Shown: positions 9,783-18,356 of the stretch, piece by piece | Layout of the letters: every line of letters starts with the position of its first letter | Position numbering within the stretch: position 1 is the first letter of the stretch | Source of the DNA: Rickettsiales bacterium | Lineage (GTDB): Bacteria > Pseudomonadota > Alphaproteobacteria > UBA8366 | NCBI GenBank assembly: GCA_038131165.1 | Contig: JAYPOZ010000004.1 | Coordinates: 15,493 to 79,492, forward strand | DNA: 64,000 bases | Direction: 5' to 3' | The notes under the pieces: model-generated | The model's database searches: none | What the model saw: only the letters and a program-made list of their open reading frames with translations | Told to the model about the DNA's origin: nothing | Made by a program: the position numbers and the translations under genes

Positions 9783-9892
9783 GTCACGGATTCCGCGTCA
9801 AAATCGCGCATATCCCGATTGTTACAAAACCTTGAATGTGGCACCGGAGGGGCTTACATATGCGCGTGAATCGTATCGATCTGGGGCAGAAT

Positions 9893-10555
9893 ATGATTTC
9901 GGTGCAATCCCTTCGCGGCTTCGCAGCGGCGCTCGTGCTGGCGATCGGCCTTGGCTTCGGCAACGCGGCGGGCGCGGCCGGCGTGCCGGAAAGCGGCATT
10001 CTGGCGTTCGACATCGTCCGCAACGGCACGCCCATCGGAACCCATACCTACCGCTTCGATCAATCCGGCGACCGCACCGAGGTCCGGATTAAGACCGATA
10101 TCGACTTCCGTCTCCTGTTCATTCCGGTCTACCGCTTCGAGCATGAATCGCGCGAAGTCTGGAAGGACGGCAAGCTTTCCTCGCTGGAGAGCACGACCAA
10201 CGAAAACGGCACGCCCGTCAAGCTGCAGGTCCATCGCGACGAGGATTCGCTGATGGTCGTCGGCGAGGACGGCAGCATGCATGTCGACCGGGAGATCATC
10301 CCGGCCAGCCTCTGGAACCGTCTCGTTCTCGACCGGAACAAGATCCTCACGACGGTCTCCGGCAATCTGAAATCCATGCAGGTCCGCTATATCGGCGAGG
10401 CGCAATTGGATATTCGGGGCGAGAAGAAAACGACCTACCATTTCCGTCTGACCGGCGAGTTCGAGCGCGAACTCTGGTACGACCGGAACGATGTTCTGGT
10501 GCGGGTTCGCTTCGAGGCCAGCGACGGATCGACGGTCCAATACGTCCTGAAATAA
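9893..10555 (+). CDS. secreted hypothetical protein (DUF6134-like)
   Basis: Signal-peptide-like N-terminus from ATG 9893 (MISVQSLRGFAAALVLAIGLGFGNAAGAAG) followed by a beta-rich body. Function unknown. Confidence 0.5.
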   Translation: MISVQSLRGFAAALVLAIGLGFGNAAGAAGVPESGILAFDIVRNGTPIGTHTYRFDQSGDRTEVRIKTDIDFRLLFIPVYRFEHESREVWKDGKLSSLESTTNENGTPVKLQVHRDEDSLMVVGEDGSMHVDREIIPASLWNRLVLDRNKILTTVSGNLKSMQVRYIGEAQLDIRGEKKTTYHFRLTGEFERELWYDRNDVLVRVRFEASDGSTVQYVLK

Positions 10556-10556
10556 T

Positions 10557-10931
10557 TCAGTCCGCCTCGCGGCCGAGCAGCGCCGAGAGTTTCTCTTTCG
10601 GCGGTACGATATCCGTGACCAGATCGCGGAGCAGCCGCTTGTTCGTCAGTGGCCCGACCGTGACGGGCGCCGTCCCCAGCCGTTCGGTGCAGGCATAGAC
10701 CGTCTTTCCCTCGACCTTCACCATGCACTCCTTGCAGGTATTGGCGTTGGTGCAGCTGTAGCGGATCGCCAGCGACGAATCGGTATTGGCACGGATCCAG
10801 ATCAGGGCATCCAGCACCGACATGCCTTCGCGGTACGGCACCTCGAATTCCTCGAGGATGGGTTCGTCGTTCGGCCCGCCGCGCTGGACGCGCAGCCGGG
10901 CGACCTCCGGGTTTACCGTTTGCTGGGTCAT
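10557..10931 (-). CDS. 2Fe-2S ferredoxin-like subunit (N-terminal domain of SdhB/FrdB type only)
   Basis: 124 aa with Cys pattern C-x4-C-x2-C-x11-C (SCTNANTCKECMVKVEGKTVYAC). It lacks the C-terminal 4Fe-4S/3Fe-4S domain. Its start overlaps the upstream stop by 4 nt. Confidence 0.75.
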   Translation of the reverse strand: MTQQTVNPEVARLRVQRGGPNDEPILEEFEVPYREGMSVLDALIWIRANTDSSLAIRYSCTNANTCKECMVKVEGKTVYACTERLGTAPVTVGPLTNKRLLRDLVTDIVPPKEKLSALLGREAD

Positions 10932-12649
10932 TCGGCAGCCTCCAAGGGGACGAGTTCGAAGTCGTGCGAGACCAATGGCACCGGCGTCACCGTCAATCCC
11001 GCGCTATCCAGGCGGGTGACCAGATTGTGCGCCTGAGCGGGATCGGTAAGCGGGAAATCCGCGCGTTGATGGGCGCCGCGGCTCTCCGTGCGGGATTGCG
11101 CGCCGAGGACGATGGCCTCCGCGCACAGCAGCGAATTCCGCATGTCGAACCAGTCCTGCATGGACAGCGCGAAGCGATGGTCGCTGTCGGCGGGATGGTC
11201 GCCGATCTCGGCGCGCATCTCGCGGATGCGCGCGAGGGCCCGCTCCAACTGCGCCGCCGTCCGCAGCAGGCCGACATCCTCCCACATCAGTTCCTGCAAC
11301 TCGACGAGCATGCCGGAGAGGCCCGCGCCCGAATGCGTCGCCGACACGTCCCGGCTCGAGGATATCTCGTCGAGCGCCGCCGCCGCCGCCGACGCCGACC
11401 AGCCGCTCGCCTGCCCCGCGGCCTGCGCCGCCGCGAAACGGCCCGCCCGCTCGCCGAAGACGAAAGCCTCCGGAATGGCGTTCCCGGACAAACGGTTGGC
11501 GCCATTGGCGCCGCCGACCGCCTCGCCCGCCGCATAGAGCCCCGGCACGGCGGTTTCCATCTGCGCGTCGACCCGGACCCCGCCCATGTGATAATGGGCG
11601 ATCGGCGAAACCTCGATGCCGCGTTTGGTCAGATCGATGCCGTTGTCCGCCAGCCGGTCGATCACCGGGCCGAAGGCCGCCCGCAACTCGGCCTCGGGAA
11701 TATGCTCGAAACTGAGATAGGCGCCGCCGGCAGGGGATCCCCGGCCCGCCGCCACTTCCTGCAATATGGCAAAGGACACGACATCCCGGGGGGCGGTGTA
11801 CTTGTCGGTCACTTCCGCATGTCCGTAATTCTGGACGAACTCCTCGCCCTTGCCGTTCAGCAGCCGTCCTCCGAGCTTGTAGCGGAAAGGGTCCCACATG
11901 ATCGGGTCCATGCCGACCATGCGCGGGGCGAGATGACCGATCGGGAAGAACTGCACGAATTCCATATCGACAAGTTCGGCGCCGGCCCGCAGCGCCAGGG
12001 CGTAGGAATCCCCGCCCATGTTCACCGAGGCGCTGTTCCGGCGGTAGAGACGGGTGAGCCCACCGGCGGCCAGGATGACGGCTTTGGCGTCTATGGTTAC
12101 GGCGGCGCCCGTCTCGACATCGAGGCCGACGGCGCCCACGACCCGGCCGCCCTCGACGACGACGCTGGTGATGGTCAGCTCGCCGGCGCGGCGGATGTTG
12201 TCGGCCCGGCCGATCTGCGTGCGCAAAGTCTTGGCGACGGCCGGCCCGGTATTCAGGAAATCGGCGTAGACGCAGCGCGGTATCTGATGGCCGGGCGCCA
12301 TGACCTGTTTCAGATGATTCCCTTCGCGCGCCCAGCCGACCTTCCAGTCTTCCATTTCGCGGATGCGGATTGGCGCCTCTTCGCAAAGAATCGCCGCCAG
12401 TTCGCCATTACACAATCCCCGTCCGGCCTCGAGCGTGTCCTGCAAATGGTGGGTCCAGTGATCCGCCTCCTGCTCGCCGACCGCGGCCGCGACGGTCATC
12501 TGCGCCATGATGGTGGCACCACCCCGTCCGATCAGGCTCTTGTCGACCAGCACCACATCGGCGCCGTTGCGCGCGGCGGCGACGGCGGCATACATGCCGG
12601 CCCCGCCGGCGCCAACGACCAATACATCCGTTACCACGTCAGCTGTCAT
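10928..12649 (-). CDS. FAD-binding succinate dehydrogenase/fumarate reductase flavoprotein-family oxidoreductase
   Basis: 573 aa with the dinucleotide fold VLVVGAGGAGMYAA and the family motifs IAHYHMGGVRVD and ESRGAHQRADFP. No His is present at the covalent-FAD position (GGATIMAQM). Confidence 0.8.
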   Translation of the reverse strand: MTADVVTDVLVVGAGGAGMYAAVAAARNGADVVLVDKSLIGRGGATIMAQMTVAAAVGEQEADHWTHHLQDTLEAGRGLCNGELAAILCEEAPIRIREMEDWKVGWAREGNHLKQVMAPGHQIPRCVYADFLNTGPAVAKTLRTQIGRADNIRRAGELTITSVVVEGGRVVGAVGLDVETGAAVTIDAKAVILAAGGLTRLYRRNSASVNMGGDSYALALRAGAELVDMEFVQFFPIGHLAPRMVGMDPIMWDPFRYKLGGRLLNGKGEEFVQNYGHAEVTDKYTAPRDVVSFAILQEVAAGRGSPAGGAYLSFEHIPEAELRAAFGPVIDRLADNGIDLTKRGIEVSPIAHYHMGGVRVDAQMETAVPGLYAAGEAVGGANGANRLSGNAIPEAFVFGERAGRFAAAQAAGQASGWSASAAAAALDEISSSRDVSATHSGAGLSGMLVELQELMWEDVGLLRTAAQLERALARIREMRAEIGDHPADSDHRFALSMQDWFDMRNSLLCAEAIVLGAQSRTESRGAHQRADFPLTDPAQAHNLVTRLDSAGLTVTPVPLVSHDFELVPLEAAE

Positions 12650-12678
12650 CGCAATCCCTCGACCCTTTCGACTGTGGT

Positions 12679-13503
12679 CTAGTCCGTCATCGGCGTGATC
12701 TTGTCGCCCTTTACCAGGAAGCGCCCGGAACCGTAGCCCGCCGCCTCCGGAATGGTCATGACGCGGTGCTCGTCGCCCTCGATGAATTGGGTCTTCGGCA
12801 GCACCGTCACGATCTCGCGCGCATTGGCTTCCGCGATCGCCGCATCGACGGAATCGCTGCGCTCCAGCATTTCCAGGTTGAGGCGCGTCGGGAACATGAC
12901 GTTGCGGTCGCCGCTCTCGCCGGCGGCAATCGCGCGCGGCGGCCGGACCCAGACGGAATGCACGGATTCGCCGCCGTCGTGGACCGCATGCTGGCGGCGC
13001 GGCATGCGCGCCAGGAAGAAATGCGTGTCAAAACGCTTCGGCCGTCCCTCGGGCGTGATCCAATGCGCGTAATAGGCCAACCGGTCGCAGCACAGGATCA
13101 AATCTTCCTTCTGAATGATCTCTTCCCAGCCGACATCGCCGGCATTCAGCGCGACGTGGTATTGGTCGTAGAACGCCGCCGCCTCGTCGCCTTCGAGAAC
13201 GGTCTCGACGCTGCTGTGGCGCGCCAGCACGACGCCGCATTCCTCGAAAGTCTCGCGGACCGCTGCGATCCGAAGCGCCGCCGCCCCGGCGTCGAGCCCT
13301 TCGATACCGTCGCAGCGCTCGAGCAACGTGGCGTCCGAATCTTCCGGGTCGACCTTGCCGCCCGGAAAGACCAGCGCCGAGGCGAAATGCATGCGGTTGC
13401 TGCGCTCGACCATGAAGACCTCGAGGCCTTCATCGCCGTCGCGAATGAGGAGAACGGTGGCGGCGGGGACCGGCGTGACCGGCGTCTTGTTTTGATTGGG
13501 CAT
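12679..13503 (-). CDS. NUDIX hydrolase
   Basis: 274 aa with a Nudix box (GGKVDPED...AAVRETFEECGVVL). Confidence 0.8.
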   Translation of the reverse strand: MPNQNKTPVTPVPAATVLLIRDGDEGLEVFMVERSNRMHFASALVFPGGKVDPEDSDATLLERCDGIEGLDAGAAALRIAAVRETFEECGVVLARHSSVETVLEGDEAAAFYDQYHVALNAGDVGWEEIIQKEDLILCCDRLAYYAHWITPEGRPKRFDTHFFLARMPRRQHAVHDGGESVHSVWVRPPRAIAAGESGDRNVMFPTRLNLEMLERSDSVDAAIAEANAREIVTVLPKTQFIEGDEHRVMTIPEAAGYGSGRFLVKGDKITPMTD

Positions 13504-13657
13504 GAAACCTCTCTGAAAGCTCCTCTAAAGCTAAGCCTCCCTCCCGGCGATGCAAGAGCGCAGTATGCCCGGCCTGTCCCGCCGGTTTCGGCTGTCGAAG
13601 CGGCTGCGGCGTGCTATGTCTCTCGTCAAACCCCACAGCTTTACGCGAGGCAACAGC

Positions 13658-14437
13658 ATGCCCAACGAATCCGCGCCGATGGCGCACGAAAGCCGCACCA
13701 CGAGCGAGACCATCGAGACCTTGCTGCAGCGCCGCAGCATTCGGAAATACAGCGATGCGCCGGTGACCGATGCGCAGGTCGATGCCATCCTGCGCGCCGC
13801 CTTCCGCGCGCCGACCTCGTCGAATATTCAGTCCTACAGCGTGATCGTGGTGCGCGACCCGGAGATCAAACAGCAGCTCTCGGTGCCGACCGGCAACCAG
13901 AAGCACATCGTCGATTGCCCGGTGTTCCTTGCCTTCTGCGCCGATTTGACGCGCCTTCAGGTCGTCCTGGAGCGCCACGGCCACACCCTCGAAGACAACA
14001 ACCTCGAGGTCGGTCTGGTCTCCTCGATCGACGCCTCGCTGGTCGGCATGTCGGCTTATGTCGCCGCCGATTCGCTCGGTATTCAGGGCGTGATGATTGG
14101 GGCGGTGCGCAACGATGCGGTCAAGATCGCCGAGATTCTGGGCCTGCCGAAATACGTCTATTGCGTCTTCGGCATGTGCCTCGGCTATCCGGCGGAGGCG
14201 CCGCAGCAGAAACCGCGCATGGACCAGGACCTGGTGGTCCACCGGGAGCGCTACGATCCGGCGAAAAGCGCCGCCGCCGTCGATGCCTACGACCCCGAAC
14301 TCCGGGCCCATTACGAAGCCATCGGCAAGGCGACGACGCCCGATTCGTGGAGCCACGACATGGACAAGAAATTCCACCCGCAGCTGCGCGAGAAACTCCG
14401 CGCGCAGCTCAAGGTCCAGGGCTTCGATTTCCGCTAG
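13658..14437 (+). CDS. NfsA-like NADPH-dependent nitroreductase family oxidoreductase
   Basis: Contains LLQRRSIRKYSDAPV and the SSNIQSYSVIVV motif. Start at ATG 13658 (MPNESAP), inside ORF 13550-14437. Confidence 0.8.
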   Translation: MPNESAPMAHESRTTSETIETLLQRRSIRKYSDAPVTDAQVDAILRAAFRAPTSSNIQSYSVIVVRDPEIKQQLSVPTGNQKHIVDCPVFLAFCADLTRLQVVLERHGHTLEDNNLEVGLVSSIDASLVGMSAYVAADSLGIQGVMIGAVRNDAVKIAEILGLPKYVYCVFGMCLGYPAEAPQQKPRMDQDLVVHRERYDPAKSAAAVDAYDPELRAHYEAIGKATTPDSWSHDMDKKFHPQLREKLRAQLKVQGFDFR

Positions 14438-14475
14438 TCCGCGCGGCGGCGGCGCCAGGGCCCGGTGACGACGGT

Positions 14476-14576
14476 TCAGGCCGCCAGATCGCCGCTGCGG
14501 CCGGATTTGGCTTCGAGGAAGCGTTTCACCTGCGGGTTTTGGGCATCCTTCAATTTCGGCGTGGCGCCCTGCCAGC
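14476..14576 (-). pseudogene. orphan 3'-terminal remnant (last 33 codons plus stop) of an MlaF-like ABC ATPase gene
   Basis: 14478-14576 matches 17549-17647 at 97 of 99 nt (my count). The frame ends in TGA (14476-14478), has no start codon, and is closed upstream by TAG at 14653-14655. Confidence 0.8.
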
Positions 14577-14838
14577 GCGACCTCGGTATCGCGCATAAGG
14601 AACCCGTCGGGGCGCAGGCCGCGCATGCCGGATGCAATGCGCAGATGATTGCCTAGGTTCCTTGATCTCTCGCAACCAATTCTAACTTAGATACTCGGTA
14701 TCGTTCGTCGGGGCAGGCCACATCGAAACCGGATGAGCCGGATTCTCCGTCAACGAACACGCTCTGATGCCCCAAACGTTTTGACATCGAACGCGTGCCA
14801 TTGGGCGCTTGAAATTGGCCGCTATGGAGATTGAACCA

Positions 14839-15324
14839 ATGTCCGAGGCTCCTTCCCTGACGGTAAACGGCCACGTGCGGGCATTGCCGAACGATGTCGC
14901 GCCGAATACGCCGCTGCTGCATATCCTCCGCAATATGCTGGGCCTAACAGGCACCCGCTTTGGCTGTGGGCTGGAACAATGCGGCGCGTGCATGGTGCTG
15001 GTCGATGGCCAGCCGGTGCAGTCCTGCACCGCTGCATTGGACTCGGTCGTGGGCAAACGGATCACGACGATTGAGGGCCTGACAGGGGGCGACGGCGAAC
15101 GGCACCCGCTGCAACAAGCTTTTCTGGATGAGCAGGCAGGGCAATGCGGCTATTGCCTCTCCGGCATTCTGATTTCGGCGAAAGCGTTGCTGGATCGGAA
15201 CCCGAACCCGACTCGAAGCGAGATCGCCGCGGCCCTGGATGACAATCTCTGCCGCTGCGGCTCGCATGTTCGCATTCTGAAAGCCGTGGAGCGGGCAGCG
15301 GAAACCCTGCGGGCCGGGGGTTAA
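14839..15324 (+). CDS. (2Fe-2S)-binding small subunit of a molybdenum hydroxylase (IorA-like)
   Basis: Two 2Fe-2S motifs are present: CGLEQCGACMV and QCGYCLSG...CRCGSH. ATG 14839 is preceded by GGAGA 7 nt upstream; the ORF track starts at TTG 14809. Confidence 0.85.
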   Translation: MSEAPSLTVNGHVRALPNDVAPNTPLLHILRNMLGLTGTRFGCGLEQCGACMVLVDGQPVQSCTAALDSVVGKRITTIEGLTGGDGERHPLQQAFLDEQAGQCGYCLSGILISAKALLDRNPNPTRSEIAAALDDNLCRCGSHVRILKAVERAAETLRAGG

Positions 15325-15327
15325 CCA

Positions 15328-17472
15328 ATGAACGATACCGTCAAACTGCCCGCGAGCCTGACCACCAATCCGCGACTGGACCGTTGGATAAAATTCGAGG
15401 ACGACCGCACTGTGCGTGTCGCCTCCGGCAAAGTGGAAATCGGCCAGGGGATCGCCACCGCACTGACGCAGATTGCGGCGGAGGAACTCGACTTGCCGTT
15501 GGAGCGCGTAACGCTCCTATCCGGCAGTACGGAATTTGGACCGGACGAGCGTTATACATCATCCAGTCTGTCGGTCATGGTCTCCGGCGCTTCGATCCGG
15601 CTGGTCTGTGCCGAAGTGCGTGCCTTGCTGGCGGACCAGGCGGCATTGCGCCTGAACTGCTCGCCCGACGACTTGGCGGTTGTGGACGGCGCTTTCGTAA
15701 AAGACGGCGCGACAACCGGCTTGGATTACTGGGACATTGCCCCGGTCCTCGATCTGAGCCGGGCGCCGACCGGATCCGCCAAGCCAAAGTCGCCGGGGAC
15801 CTACCGTTTTGTCGGCCGGGACGTGCCGCGGGCGGACCTGCCGGACAAGGTCACGGGCGCCGGCGAGACCTATCTGCACGACATTTACCCGGCAGGCGTC
15901 CTGCACGCCCGCACGCTGCGCCAGCCCGGCCCTCGCGCGACGTTGGCGGCGCTGGACGAGGATGCCGTCCGACGCGCCAGCGGCGATGCGGCATTGCGCG
16001 TCGTGCGGCGCGCCAACTTCGTCGCGTTTATCAGTGCCGACGAGCGCAAGGCCGAAGCGGCGGCGGTCTATGCCGAGGAGAACGCGAAATGGTCCGACCT
16101 GCGCGACTATCGCGGCAGCGAGCAGGAAGGTTCATGGCTGGTCGGCCGGCCGGCCGAACGCCGCGAATTCGGCGCTCCCAAATCCGATACCGAGGGTGCT
16201 GCGGATGTGGTGGAGGCGACCTATACCCGGCCCTACATCGCCCATGCGTCGATGGGGCCGTCGGTGGCGATCGCGCAATACGATGGCGAGACCATGACGG
16301 TCTGGTCGCATGGGCAGGGCATGCATCCGCTGCGCCGGAATATCGCGGACATGCTGGGGCTCGATCCGGACAAGGTGGTTTGCCATCACCGCCACGGCCC
16401 CGGCTGCTATGGCCACAACGGTGCGGACGACGCGGCGGCGGACGCCGCCATCGTCGCTCTGGCGCTGCGGGGCGAAACCGTCCGGCTGCAATGGCGGCGC
16501 GAGGAGGAATTTGCCTACGAACCCGTGAGTCCGGCCATGTCGGTAACGGTCAAGGTCGCCTTGGATGCCGCCGGCAACCCGATGGACTGGACCCAGGAAA
16601 TCTGGAGCGCCACCCATGTACAGCGTCCGGGCTCCGGCAGCGGTTATCTGCTCGCGAGCGAAGCGCTCGAAAACCCGCCGCCGCCGGTCGCGGTTACCGA
16701 TCCGCCGGAGGAAAGCGGCGGCGGTAGCACCCGCAACGCGGTCCCGCTCTATCGGATACCGGCTCACCGCATCGAACATCATCTGGTAACGGAAGGTCCG
16801 GTCAGGACCTCGGCCCTGCGGGGGCTCGGCGCGCCGACCAACGTTTTCGCCATGGAATGCATGATGGACGAGTTGGCGGCCCGCGCCGGCAAGGACCCGC
16901 TTGAATACCGCCTGGCGCTGCTGGACGATCCGCGCGCCCGCGCCGTGCTGGAGCGGACGGCGGCAATGGCCGATTGGACGCGGCGCGGCCCCGGTGGCCC
17001 AAGTGGTGACGGCGCCGGCAAGGGGCTGGGCATCGCCTTTGCGCGTTACAAGAACATGGCGGCGTACTCCGCGGTTGTCGTCGCCGTGACGGTGGCGGAC
17101 GAGGTGCGGCTGGACCATATCTGGAGCGCCAGCGATGCCGGCCTGGTGATCAACCCGGACGGTGCGCGCAACCAACTCGAGGGCGGGATCGTTCAGGCGG
17201 CCAGTTTCGCCCTCAAAGAACAGGTGAAGCTCGCGGGCGACGGCATCGCATCGCGGGACTGGGACGCGTACCCCATCCTGCGCTTTAGCGAAGTGCCGCC
17301 TGTCGACGTGGAATTGATCGGATCGCCGGACGATCCGTCGCTGGGCATGGGCGAGTGTACGGTGGGGCCGACCTGTGCCGCTATCGGCAACGCCGTATCG
17401 CATGCGCTGGGCCGGCGGCTGTACGACATGCCGCTGAACCGGGAACGGATCATGACGGCATTGCTCGCGTAG
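15328..17472 (+). CDS. molybdopterin-binding subunit of the xanthine dehydrogenase/aldehyde oxidase family (IorB-like)
   Basis: 714 aa beginning 3 nt after the small subunit's stop. It has the family-typical N-terminus (VEIGQGIATALTQIAAEEL) and length. Confidence 0.85.
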   Translation: MNDTVKLPASLTTNPRLDRWIKFEDDRTVRVASGKVEIGQGIATALTQIAAEELDLPLERVTLLSGSTEFGPDERYTSSSLSVMVSGASIRLVCAEVRALLADQAALRLNCSPDDLAVVDGAFVKDGATTGLDYWDIAPVLDLSRAPTGSAKPKSPGTYRFVGRDVPRADLPDKVTGAGETYLHDIYPAGVLHARTLRQPGPRATLAALDEDAVRRASGDAALRVVRRANFVAFISADERKAEAAAVYAEENAKWSDLRDYRGSEQEGSWLVGRPAERREFGAPKSDTEGAADVVEATYTRPYIAHASMGPSVAIAQYDGETMTVWSHGQGMHPLRRNIADMLGLDPDKVVCHHRHGPGCYGHNGADDAAADAAIVALALRGETVRLQWRREEEFAYEPVSPAMSVTVKVALDAAGNPMDWTQEIWSATHVQRPGSGSGYLLASEALENPPPPVAVTDPPEESGGGSTRNAVPLYRIPAHRIEHHLVTEGPVRTSALRGLGAPTNVFAMECMMDELAARAGKDPLEYRLALLDDPRARAVLERTAAMADWTRRGPGGPSGDGAGKGLGIAFARYKNMAAYSAVVVAVTVADEVRLDHIWSASDAGLVINPDGARNQLEGGIVQAASFALKEQVKLAGDGIASRDWDAYPILRFSEVPPVDVELIGSPDDPSLGMGECTVGPTCAAIGNAVSHALGRRLYDMPLNRERIMTALLA

Positions 17473-17546
17473 ACGGGCTTCGCCGCCTCTCCTAACGGGA
17501 AAACCGGAAAAGCGATCTTTGCGGTTCAATATATCCGTGAAAGGCT

Positions 17547-18299
17547 CTAGGCCGCCAGATCGCCGCTGCGGCCGGATTTGGCTTCGAGGAAGCGTTTCAC
17601 CTGCGGGTTTTGGGCATCCTTCAATTCCGACGTGGCGCCCTGCCAGCCGATCCGGCCCTCGTGCAGCATCGCCATCTTGTTCGAGATGCGCTGCGCGCCG
17701 GTCATGTCGCTGGTGATGGTAAAGCAGGTGGCGCCCAGTTCGCGCACGCTCTTCAGGATCATGTCGTAGATGATGTTGCACATGATCGGATCCAGGCCGG
17801 CGGTCGGCTCGTCCAGGAACAGCACTTCCGGATTGGTCGCGATCGCGCGCGCCAGGCCGACGCGCTTCTGCATGCCGCCCGACAGCTCGGCCGGATAAAG
17901 CGCGCCCACTTCCGGGCCCAGATTGACGACGGAGAGCTTGTCGGCCGCCAGTTCGCGCGCCTGGGCTTCGTTCATCGTGCCGGCCTGCAGCTGTTTGAAG
18001 GCGATGTTCTGCCAGACCGGCATGCCGTCGAAGAGGCCGCCGTATTGGAACAGCATGCCGAAACGGTCGTCGAAGGCGCGGCGCTCGGCGGTGCGCATCC
18101 GGCGCACTTCCTGGCCGTCGATCTCGACGGTGCCGCCGTCCGGACGCACGAGGCCGATCATGGTCTTGAGCAGCAGCGACTTGCCGCTGCCGGAGCCGCC
18201 GATCAGCACCATCGAATCGCCGCGCTCCAGCTCCAGGTCGATTCCCTTCAGAACCGCCAGGTCGCCGAAACTCTTGGTGACGCCGCTCAGCTTGATCAT
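17547..18299 (-). CDS. ABC transporter ATP-binding protein, MlaF/Ttg2A-like (no cognate permease nearby)
   Basis: Has Walker A (GGSGSGKS), Q-loop (LFQYGGLF), signature (LSGGMQKRVGLARA) and Walker B (VLFLDEPTAGLD). The H-loop position reads ITSDM rather than the usual xxHD. Confidence 0.85.
   Translation of the reverse strand: MIKLSGVTKSFGDLAVLKGIDLELERGDSMVLIGGSGSGKSLLLKTMIGLVRPDGGTVEIDGQEVRRMRTAERRAFDDRFGMLFQYGGLFDGMPVWQNIAFKQLQAGTMNEAQARELAADKLSVVNLGPEVGALYPAELSGGMQKRVGLARAIATNPEVLFLDEPTAGLDPIMCNIIYDMILKSVRELGATCFTITSDMTGAQRISNKMAMLHEGRIGWQGATSELKDAQNPQVKRFLEAKSGRSGDLAA
17549..17647. repeat. 99-bp direct repeat, copy B (inside the 3' end of the ABC ATPase gene); copy A is at 14478-14576
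   Basis: The copies sit at a constant offset of 3071 nt. There are 78 identical nt followed by 21 nt with 2 mismatches, after which similarity ends abruptly. Confidence 0.9.
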
Positions 18300-18356
18300 C
18301 GTACCCCCGATCGCTCGCCTGTCCTTAAATAGCGGAAATTCGCCGCCGCGCCAATC

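Noticed and set aside
14465-14656. ORFs 14465-14656(+) and 17578-17769(+) share the peptide SRKRFTCGFWASFN. The long minus ORFs 13430-14626 and 16132-17781 share IEGCPKPAGETLPRSQIRPQRRSGGL. These could be mistaken for a paralogous small-protein family.
   Set aside because: The shared peptides are just off-frame or antisense translations of the 99-bp DNA repeat derived from the ABC ATPase 3' end. There are no RBS sequences or independent coding signals.
14577-17548. Searched the repeat-bracketed iorAB segment and its flanks for an integrase, transposase, terminal inverted repeats or a tRNA target.
   Set aside because: None was found. It is therefore reported as an insertion-scar-like architecture, not as a defined mobile element.
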